From positions 1-50,241 of IMG/VR virus record IMGVR_UViG_3300009285_000011: 50,241 nt of DNA; one strand, given 5' to 3'. Under the pieces are notes generated by a model, which worked only from the letters and a program-made list of their open reading frames with translations, had not been told where the DNA came from and made no database searches. This document shows positions 7,988 to 15,168 of the stretch, in pieces. The position numbers were made by a program, and so were the translations under genes. The DNA is from a virus. Within the stretch, counting starts at the first letter, position 1. Each line of letters begins with the position of its first letter.

Positions 7988-8612
7988 AGTTCTCCCCGGT
8001 GAACTTGTACATCGAAAGCCCGCACGGTGACGGGTCAGTAACATATATCTTGACCTGATTGAGATTGACGCCACCCTTGCGCATCCCCTCGCGGATATAT
8101 TGCGCCATGCCTGTCGTCACATCATGCGACAGGATATAACCACCGACTTTCAGGATGCGCCGCAAATTCTGGTAAATAACGTGTACCTGAAATTCGCTGT
8201 GATTGCCGTCGTCGAAGATAAAATCAAACGGCACCTGTACCTGCGGAACGTAGAGATTGGCATCCATCCATTGGACAGTGATGTACTCGCGTAGATCATC
8301 AGGAATGCCAGCGCCGCCATTCGGCGTTATATCGACGGTTGTTACATGGCCGCTTTCGTTTTCTTTGCAGGCTGCCGCCAAGTGCGCTGCGCTGCCGCCT
8401 TGATATGTGCCGATTTCCAAAATGCGCTCTGGCTTCAGGACCCGAACGAGCGCATACAAAATACGCCCCTCATTGCCGTAACTAATCCCCTGTTCGTTGC
8501 CTTCATCGAATCCGAGCAGGGTATCTTCTTTGGCGTAACGTTTCAACCACGTCACCGACATGTCGAAATGGTCAGCGATGGCCTTCAATGTGCCAGCAAG
8601 TTGTTGGCTCAT
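7974..8612 (-). CDS. class I SAM-dependent O-methyltransferase, paralog 3
   Basis: Motifs seen are ILEIGTYQGGSAAHLAAAC..HVTTVDI..FIFDDGNH..GGYILSHD. A GGTGA RBS precedes the start. Confidence 0.75.
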   Translation of the reverse strand: MSQQLAGTLKAIADHFDMSVTWLKRYAKEDTLLGFDEGNEQGISYGNEGRILYALVRVLKPERILEIGTYQGGSAAHLAAACKENESGHVTTVDITPNGGAGIPDDLREYITVQWMDANLYVPQVQVPFDFIFDDGNHSEFQVHVIYQNLRRILKVGGYILSHDVTTGMAQYIREGMRKGGVNLNQVKIYVTDPSPCGLSMYKFTGENYESL

Positions 8613-8616
8613 TCAA

Positions 8617-8850
8617 TCACCTTTGGATACGAATTGATCTTGGCAAATTATCGAAAATGTCTTTGGATGTATATCCTACCCATGACCCATGAGAAAATAC
8701 TCGATAATCTCTATGAACATAGGTAGGGTATAACCGATACTGCCATTCCTCAGACTGCTCTTTTGAACAGTCATTCACATTTACATCAGATAATGATTGA
8801 ATGAGAGAGTAATCTAAAAATGTCTCCCATGGATGTCCCGAATAATTCAC
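8617..8850 (-). CDS. hypothetical 77-aa protein (AT-rich)
   Basis: The ORF has an ATGA overlap with its upstream gene. No motif was recognised. Confidence 0.45.
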   Translation of the reverse strand: MNYSGHPWETFLDYSLIQSLSDVNVNDCSKEQSEEWQYRLYPTYVHRDYRVFSHGSWVGYTSKDIFDNLPRSIRIQR

Positions 8851-9608
8851 TCGATTATTTCCTTAGTCCAATAGGGGTGGTTCTGCATAAATGACGGCAA
8901 ATAATCTATCGGTTCTATAGTCTCAGGATTCCAATATTCGCTTCCAATCGGATGGCAGTCCTGTTGGGCATTCGCCAACCATTTATTTTCGCGCCAGCCA
9001 TCATGTCGTAACTGCCCGACATGCCCATGTACTGCCAGCTTGTAATCTAACAGCCATGTCGGGATGGCATAGCCCATATGGTTAATCGGCGCGGTATGTA
9101 GGTAGCCTTCACCTGTTCGCCCTGGTACGATTACGCGCACAGGGTAGGCCGGATCATGCAGCACGGCCCGGCGGAATGACCGCCAGTAATGGATCATATT
9201 CATGCGATAACCCCACTTATCCCCTGCTAGCGCCAATTCAATCACCTCTCGCGCCACGCCCGCCTGCCAGATTTCATCATAATCAAGCACGAGTACCGCT
9301 TCGGCATTCGGGCAAATAGTATGGATGCTATCACGTTGGACGCCTTCCGCCGTCCAGTCGCCGTCGATCCATGCCAGTTTATCCCCCGCTGCTTCGTTGG
9401 CTTGCAGGTAGAGGTTATAGCGTGACTCGCTGTCTGGCAGCGTGTAACCATTTACCCGCGTCCCATGCGACGGCTGCGCGGCGTAGAGGATGAAATACAT
9501 GTCTACAGCGTCGATAATGGAGCGGATAGCATAGGACAAATACGGGGATCCATAATGCAGAGCCGTATAACCGATAATCACGTTACCAGCCTTCCGGTTT
9601 ATCGACAA
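8847..9608 (-). CDS. putative GT-A fold glycosyltransferase
   Basis: This 253-aa protein has a Rossmann-like N-terminus (VIIGYTALHYG) and a DxD-like LVLDYDEIW motif. Its context is the glycosyltransferase island. An alternative GTG start lies at 9581. Confidence 0.4.
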   Translation of the reverse strand: MSINRKAGNVIIGYTALHYGSPYLSYAIRSIIDAVDMYFILYAAQPSHGTRVNGYTLPDSESRYNLYLQANEAAGDKLAWIDGDWTAEGVQRDSIHTICPNAEAVLVLDYDEIWQAGVAREVIELALAGDKWGYRMNMIHYWRSFRRAVLHDPAYPVRVIVPGRTGEGYLHTAPINHMGYAIPTWLLDYKLAVHGHVGQLRHDGWRENKWLANAQQDCHPIGSEYWNPETIEPIDYLPSFMQNHPYWTKEIIE

Positions 9609-9825
9609 GAATAACAGTCATAAAATATTGCGCGCCTTCCTTTTGTGATGATGGCACTTCCCCAGCCCGCCGCCACGCTTCATCTGCTGTCCAGCCATAG
9701 GCCACGATTGCCAATGAATGAAATTCGCGCACAATGAAAAACTCCCGACACAACGGATTATCCTTGATTTGTTGTGGATCAATATCAACCCATGAGCCAT
9801 CCTCTAGCTTTACTGTCTTTGCCAT
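9583..9825 (-). CDS. hypothetical 80-aa protein
   Basis: The ORF start overlaps the TAA of the upstream gene (TAATG). Confidence 0.45.
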   Translation of the reverse strand: MAKTVKLEDGSWVDIDPQQIKDNPLCREFFIVREFHSLAIVAYGWTADEAWRRAGEVPSSQKEGAQYFMTVILVDKPEGW

Positions 9826-10574
9826 TATACATGCGCCTCTACTACTTTATCGAACTGTAGTTCATCACATAACAAATGATGCAGCGCCAGTCCGCGCTCC
9901 TGCAATCGCTCATCACGCAGCGCCAGTTTTACTAATGTGAACATCGTCTCATAACCGCCCTGATAAATGATGTCGGTAAACGGCGCGGTATCCCAACCGT
10001 TCTCGGCAATCAACGGCAGTCCGTAAGCGCCTGCCAATACCGCCCGGAGCGGAGCGATAGCCGGGAACGCCGCCTGCTGATGGATGTGGAGTAGGGCGCG
10101 ACTTTTCATCATAGCCTGTCGCCGCTGTTCGCCCCAACCATTCGGCGCAATCCGGTAGCCGCTTTCCCTCATCCTTCCCAGCAGCCAGCCGCGACGATAA
10201 ATTTCCGCATAGGACAGGTGAATAAAATCGTATTCGGATGGATACTTATCCAGCGTTCCTAATTCCGCCCTACCCCCTAACGGCACGTATCGTGCTCCGA
10301 TGCGCTCGGCGAATGTGCGGTTGCTCGTCCACGTTTCGGCTACTCCAGCCTTCTGTGCGTAATCACCGTACCATTCCAGCAGCCAGAAGATAATCCGGGC
10401 GCGGGGTTTTATCCATGACAGCGATGTATCACAGCCTGTTAGAATATAGGTATGATCGCTATGGATGTCGATTTCATCCTGATAAATGATCGGGTATCCA
10501 CTGAAACGCACCATATCCCAAAAGTCACAATAGGATTGGTATTCATGGCGCGGTTGGGCGAAGATCAGGCTCAT
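9825..10574 (-). CDS. GT-B (GT1/CgeB-like) glycosyltransferase domain protein
   Basis: The C-terminal pattern KSRALLHIHQQAAFPAIAPLRAVLAGAYGLPLIAENGW resembles the nucleotide-sugar binding half of GT1/GT4 enzymes. Confidence 0.5.
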   Translation of the reverse strand: MSLIFAQPRHEYQSYCDFWDMVRFSGYPIIYQDEIDIHSDHTYILTGCDTSLSWIKPRARIIFWLLEWYGDYAQKAGVAETWTSNRTFAERIGARYVPLGGRAELGTLDKYPSEYDFIHLSYAEIYRRGWLLGRMRESGYRIAPNGWGEQRRQAMMKSRALLHIHQQAAFPAIAPLRAVLAGAYGLPLIAENGWDTAPFTDIIYQGGYETMFTLVKLALRDERLQERGLALHHLLCDELQFDKVVEAHV

Positions 10575-10577
10575 AGA

Positions 10578-10808
10578 TTATTCCGAATTATCCCGAATAA
10601 GCGAATAAAAAAATGGCATCCATTGTCCTTTTATAATACCGTCACATAGCCAGTTATCCCCTTCATGAGTCATAAACCATACGTTACCATCCACCGGCTT
10701 GCCTGCTTGTTTTTTCAGGATATACATACGATCAACAGCAATATCCTCAATTGTATATTCTTCTGCTGGGAATCCTTCGACTTCAACTCGGTAAATAGTT
10801 TCACTCAT
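10578..10808 (-). CDS. hypothetical 76-aa protein
   Basis: The ORF has an ATGA overlap with its upstream gene. Confidence 0.45.
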   Translation of the reverse strand: MSETIYRVEVEGFPAEEYTIEDIAVDRMYILKKQAGKPVDGNVWFMTHEGDNWLCDGIIKGQWMPFFYSLIRDNSE

Positions 10809-11809
10809 ACTAATTTCTTTTTTGCAACTCTCATTACCTTTTCGACATCCGGTTTCACGGCGCTGCGGTCAATCCTGATAGGCAGCGGTGGCGGAGTCGG
10901 CATAACACCCGTTTGCCGTAACACCCGCTCGAAACCATCCAGCCCTTCAAACATCGGTGGCATATCGGCTAACAATTCGGGAATGATTTCCCATAACTCC
11001 GGCGAATGTTCAGCATCCCGGATATCTACCCATACGCGGCGCGGCCAACTAAGCCGCGCATAACGCCGCCCGGTCACGCGCCCATATTCCGCGCGATTGC
11101 CCTGCCATTTCGCCATTACCAGCACATCATTCTCCTGGCGCTGGCCTTCGGGAATAAATTCGTCAATTACTGGCGCATCCAGACAACAGCCCATATTGCC
11201 GTCATACCTCCGAAATAGTTCTTGTCGCAATAACTGCGTGCGCCCCGACTCTACGCTGTCTTTGGCGCGCTGCCCATCAATCGAATAATGAACAAGCGGC
11301 TCTTTGAGATGTTGGGCGCAGACCTGCGCGCCTCGTAACTTACAGAATAGATCGGTGTCTTCCATCGCTTCGAGTGTTTCATCGAAGCCATTCGCTTTAC
11401 GCACCGCTTCAGTCGGAAGCAGCGCCGCGATGTGATGCCAGCCCCACTGCGGCGGGCAGTAGGGGCGTTCAGGAGCGCGGATGATTTGTTCATCCTGATA
11501 CCAGTCGGTGTACACGTAGCGACCCTGCTGATAAACTGCCAGACACCGCTCGACAAACGGCGGTTCGATCCAATCATCGGCATCGAGAAACACCACAAAC
11601 GGCGTTTCTACCATATCGAGCAGCCGATTGCGAATGTACCCCGCGCCGAGCAGGTCATCATCATTCATGTAGTAACATTTGCAGGCTGTCGTCTGGGCCT
11701 TAACGCTATCCAGAGCGCGATCTATAATCGACTGATGATAGGGCGCTACCGGAATAAGAATGGAAACGTTAATCATAGTGTCCATCATAATGTGCCTTAT
11801 TCCATGCAA
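10805..11809 (-). CDS. family 2 glycosyltransferase
   Basis: Motifs seen are VSILIPVAPYHQSIIDRALDSV..FVVFLDADDW. The true start is probably an internal ATG (11788 or 11776), because 11809 overlaps the upstream ORF by 41 nt. Confidence 0.75.
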   Translation of the reverse strand: MHGIRHIMMDTMINVSILIPVAPYHQSIIDRALDSVKAQTTACKCYYMNDDDLLGAGYIRNRLLDMVETPFVVFLDADDWIEPPFVERCLAVYQQGRYVYTDWYQDEQIIRAPERPYCPPQWGWHHIAALLPTEAVRKANGFDETLEAMEDTDLFCKLRGAQVCAQHLKEPLVHYSIDGQRAKDSVESGRTQLLRQELFRRYDGNMGCCLDAPVIDEFIPEGQRQENDVLVMAKWQGNRAEYGRVTGRRYARLSWPRRVWVDIRDAEHSPELWEIIPELLADMPPMFEGLDGFERVLRQTGVMPTPPPLPIRIDRSAVKPDVEKVMRVAKKKLV

Positions 11810-12113
11810 TCCAGTTTTCTACTCTCTTTTTATTCTGCTGTTCATAATATTTCCGACTTACGTTGTAAACTGAAGTGCCTTGACGATATATCTTTAGCAG
11901 TCGTGTGCGCAATCTTTGTAAATAAATCCGTTTCAAAAGTGCTACACGAATATCAACGATCCCGTTAGGATCATCATAATAAGCACTTTCTGGAAAGTTG
12001 CTGATTTCTTCTAAATCACATAAATCTATGCGATGCCTTCCCCACCATGTCCCTGAGGCGGGATGAAACATCCGTTCACGCTGCCTTAAAAATCGTTCAT
12101 CAACATCATGCAC
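11769..12113 (-). CDS. hypothetical 114-aa protein (AT-rich, first gene of the island)
   Basis: The ORF follows the post-capsid hairpin and candidate promoter. No motif was recognised. Confidence 0.45.
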   Translation of the reverse strand: MHDVDERFLRQRERMFHPASGTWWGRHRIDLCDLEEISNFPESAYYDDPNGIVDIRVALLKRIYLQRLRTRLLKIYRQGTSVYNVSRKYYEQQNKKRVENWIAWNKAHYDGHYD

Positions 12114-12132
12114 TATTCCTCACTCCCCTGCT

Positions 12133-12166
12133 ATACGGGCGATGGCGATCCTGCCATCGCCCGTAT
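12133..12166 (-). terminator. perfect 14-bp stem hairpin downstream of the major capsid gene
   Basis: ATACGGGCGATGGC, loop gatcct, GCCATCGCCCGTAT. No U-tract follows, so this is an attenuator or terminator-like element. Confidence 0.5.
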
Positions 12167-12168
12167 TC

Positions 12169-12197
12169 ACAATAGCATGTTCGTAGAAAACTGTCAA
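12169..12197 (-). promoter_or_regulatory. candidate sigma70-type promoter TTGACA-N17-TATTGT facing the island
   Basis: The reverse complement of 12169-12197 reads TTGACAgttttctacgaacatgcTATTGT. It sits between the capsid stop and ORF 11769-12113. Confidence 0.4.
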
Positions 12198-12240
12198 TCG
12201 CGCATAATATCTTATGAGAATACTATGCGCACCTAAGTCG

Positions 12241-13656
12241 TTATGTGCGGTAACTTGTGCCGCCATCATAATAGAAACTTCCGCTCGGCAGCGCGTTATG
12301 GATCGGCGCGGCGAACGTGTACTGTAGATTGTCGATACGTCCGGCTAACCAGGGCGTCTCCAGAATGAGGCGCATCTTATTGGCGAACTGATATTCCTTG
12401 CAGAACGCTGTTTCCTCAGCGCCCGACAACCACATACCATTATTCAATGCGATACGCTGCGTTCCGGCGAAGTTATCGAACTCCTGCAAGTATTGGTTAT
12501 CCATTGGGAAGTATTCCAGACGGCATAACGACATTCCCGCCCAACTAACTGGGATGATGTACATATCGCTTTCAAACGTGTTGGCGGCTGGAGTAGTCTG
12601 GGGAATACCTTCGCTGAATACCACTGGCAAAGGCTTGCCATCGACCATGATGTACTGCCCGCTCAGAAATTCGCGGCGCATCCGCCCGACATTTTCGGCG
12701 CTTGTATTAATTTCGTCATACTGCCCGCCGGCGCACTTGTACAGATCGTACTTGCACACGTAGTTTTCAACGAATGTGCGGTACAACTCTTCGCGCATAA
12801 CGGCTACCCACTGGACGCCGACCATTCCCGCCTTACGAGCGCGGTTATTCAGACCATACATCAGATCATGTAATGCCTGTACGATGTCGCGTCCATCGGC
12901 GGTAGTCGTATTGACATTGGCGCTGTAGGTAATGATGGCGCTATCAACAGCCGGACAGGTAAGTTCGGTCACACGATCCGTATACCCAGTTTTGACCTGC
13001 CGATCCAGTCCATCAAACTCTATTGTCCATCCATGCGCAGTTGCAGTATAGGCTGTACCAATATTACCCTGTACAAGTACGACATCAAGCGTCCGCTCAA
13101 ATTCGACACCGATACGCCACAGTTCGTATTGTAACTGCGAGCGGGCATCAGCCAGTTTATAGAAGATGTCGGGAATGAGCGGGTTTTGAGTAGGCCCGGC
13201 ATTCAAGATTTGCGCTGGGATGTCAGCGCGGTTACGTAGCTGCCCAAGCTCAGGAATAGCCTGCAAGTCTGTTTTGATGATATATTTCCCGAACTTGTAA
13301 ATCTGCTGACAGACTTTCGCAGCGCCGACAGCAGGTGGATCGCCGCAGAACCCGGCAGCATTTGTGCCACTTGCTGTCGTGACGCCTGTCATAATTTCGA
13401 GTATCTCTTCAGTGTACTCAGAGCGTGAAACGCCTAATACACCAACCAAACTATCAGGACGAGCGAGGGCGCTAAACCGTTCTGGTCTTACGCCAGGATA
13501 GGTGAATAGCCCATACTGCGTGGTGCTTTCATGATATGGCCCATGCAGCGCGGGGCCAACTAAGGTGGTAGACGCTGGCGTATGCTTGGCAGCAGACGCG
13601 ATCATCTCCGAAATTTCTTTCATTTGTTCTGAGGTATATACAGCTTGAACACCCAT
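12241..13656 (-). CDS. major capsid protein
   Basis: This 471-aa ORF lies directly downstream of the protease and the acidic scaffold. The call is positional, and an HK97 fold is presumed. Confidence 0.7.
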   Translation of the reverse strand: MGVQAVYTSEQMKEISEMIASAAKHTPASTTLVGPALHGPYHESTTQYGLFTYPGVRPERFSALARPDSLVGVLGVSRSEYTEEILEIMTGVTTASGTNAAGFCGDPPAVGAAKVCQQIYKFGKYIIKTDLQAIPELGQLRNRADIPAQILNAGPTQNPLIPDIFYKLADARSQLQYELWRIGVEFERTLDVVLVQGNIGTAYTATAHGWTIEFDGLDRQVKTGYTDRVTELTCPAVDSAIITYSANVNTTTADGRDIVQALHDLMYGLNNRARKAGMVGVQWVAVMREELYRTFVENYVCKYDLYKCAGGQYDEINTSAENVGRMRREFLSGQYIMVDGKPLPVVFSEGIPQTTPAANTFESDMYIIPVSWAGMSLCRLEYFPMDNQYLQEFDNFAGTQRIALNNGMWLSGAEETAFCKEYQFANKMRLILETPWLAGRIDNLQYTFAAPIHNALPSGSFYYDGGTSYRT

Positions 13657-13660
13657 GATT

Positions 13661-14335
13661 TTACTCCTTCAATGGGACGCCAAAGAACGTCTTCTTACCG
13701 TTCGCGCCCTTTTCCAGTTCTTTTTTCAAGTCAGCATTCTCGATAACTGTTTCAGCGGCCTGTGACGCCTGGCGCGGGCGGCTGTTAACTTTAGCCTCTA
13801 AGGCTTTGACCTGCGCCTGGAGCGCATCCACTTTACCAGTTTCTTTCACTAAAGGCGCGAGCGCGGCTACCGTTTGCGCCATCTGGATAATGGCCGGAAT
13901 GAACTCGCCAACATCCTTATAGATAGCTGTCGATTCGGCGGCCATCGCCTTGACCTGCGAAGTCAATTCCATAAAGGCTTCCATCGTCGGTTTCTTTTCC
14001 TCGTCTTCATCTTCCGGCGCTAGTTCCTCTTCCATCATAGTTTCTGGCGCTTCCTCTTCTGGCGCAGGCTCAGCATTCGCTAACTTACCTAGCATAATTG
14101 CCAGCACCTCATCGACAATCGCTTCATCGGGATTGTCGGTCAGTTTGGTTAGCGTCGCCATCAATTCTTCGCGCATATCTTCTAATACGCCCTTGTTTTT
14201 ATGCTCTTTAGTTTCATGGCCGCGCTTCTTGAGAATCTCGGCCACCCGACTTAGCGCCTTTTTGAGTTCATCATCCTGTGACTTACCCAAAATTTTATCC
14301 ATCAACGACAGGCGCTCATTATCTTTTGCACTCAT
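13661..14335 (-). CDS. scaffolding protein
   Basis: The protein is highly acidic and helical (EEEAPETMMEEELAPEDEDEEKK). I chose the start at ATG 14333-14335, which follows GGAGG and lies downstream of the protease stop at 14340. Confidence 0.65.
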   Translation of the reverse strand: MSAKDNERLSLMDKILGKSQDDELKKALSRVAEILKKRGHETKEHKNKGVLEDMREELMATLTKLTDNPDEAIVDEVLAIMLGKLANAEPAPEEEAPETMMEEELAPEDEDEEKKPTMEAFMELTSQVKAMAAESTAIYKDVGEFIPAIIQMAQTVAALAPLVKETGKVDALQAQVKALEAKVNSRPRQASQAAETVIENADLKKELEKGANGKKTFFGVPLKE

Positions 14336-14339
14336 CGGA

Positions 14340-14936
14340 TTAATCCTCCATAACTTGTGCGAAGGTAAACAGATTGGCCGCTCGTGTGAGCGGCAGGATA
14401 GAGGTTTCATTTTTCAGGATGAGTTCATACATTCCATCCTGTCTATCTTCTTTAATGTAATTGAAGCCAATGCTGGCTCCCCATGTGACCGGCGTAGTTT
14501 CCAACGCATCCCATACTGCTTTACGCGAAACCATGTACGGTTCTTCGCCGGAGTGCCGCGCCAAATTAATCATCGCATCGGGTAACTCTCTGGCAACTTC
14601 GACTAGAAATGTGCCATATATTTTGGCCGCCATAATTTCGCCAAGCGGCTCGCCGCCATGCCAGTAAAGTAGCGGGTTCGGGGAAAATATCTTGACATAA
14701 CCTTCTAACGCCTTTTGGCGGACAATTTCTTGCTCGCGATCTTTGTAGCTGTTGGAGCTTATCAGAATCATACGGCGCAATCCGGCCTTACTGCCAAATA
14801 CCAGCGCCAGCGATTTGCCGCGCCGACAGTTCTCATAAGCGATAGCGACAGCTTGATCCTTTGGTTTGCCGGAGCGAATGAGTTCCGCGATATTGGCGCT
14901 AATTGTAGTTTTATCACAACCGGGTTTGAGGGGCAT
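14340..14936 (-). CDS. prohead serine protease (HK97 gp4 / S78-like)
   Basis: [13 protein letters not shown] is a His-type motif and WGASIGFNY is a Ser-type motif. The gene sits between the portal and the scaffold. Confidence 0.6.
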   Translation of the reverse strand: MPLKPGCDKTTISANIAELIRSGKPKDQAVAIAYENCRRGKSLALVFGSKAGLRRMILISSNSYKDREQEIVRQKALEGYVKIFSPNPLLYWHGGEPLGEIMAAKIYGTFLVEVARELPDAMINLARHSGEEPYMVSRKAVWDALETTPVTWGASIGFNYIKEDRQDGMYELILKNETSILPLTRAANLFTFAQVMED

Positions 14937-14937
14937 G

Positions 14938-15168
14938 TTACTCTCTCTTAAACCTCACAGGCCGTGACACTTCAAATTCCGGCTCAAATTGAATCCCGTG
15001 ATCGCCTTCAAACGGCTCAGTATGGTCATTCTTCATCATGAGAATTTCATCGGGTATACCGTCCGGGAACGCTTCGCAGGTGGGAGTATCTTCATGCTTG
15101 TGCTTGCAATAAGCGCAGGCTGACAGCGCCAGTCCATCTTTTGGAAAACTGAATTTATCATTACTCAT
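14938..15168 (-). CDS. small Cys-rich protein
   Basis: This 76-aa protein has the pattern [18 protein letters not shown]. It overlaps the 3' end of the portal-MuF-ART gene. Confidence 0.5.
   Translation of the reverse strand: MSNDKFSFPKDGLALSACAYCKHKHEDTPTCEAFPDGIPDEILMMKNDHTEPFEGDHGIQFEPEFEVSRPVRFKRE

Noticed and set aside
7709-8074. The 121-aa version of the small ORF between methyltransferase paralogs
   Set aside because: Its first 29 codons overlap methyltransferase paralog 3 by 100 nt. An internal ATG at 7985-7987 follows a GGGGAG RBS and mirrors the junction used by paralog 2.
13950-14585. A 211-aa plus-strand ORF rich in poly-Ser
   Set aside because: It is antisense to the acidic scaffold gene, where GAA/GAG-rich codons read as Ser/Phe-rich on the other strand. 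It has no RBS. It would overlap two well-supported minus-strand genes.
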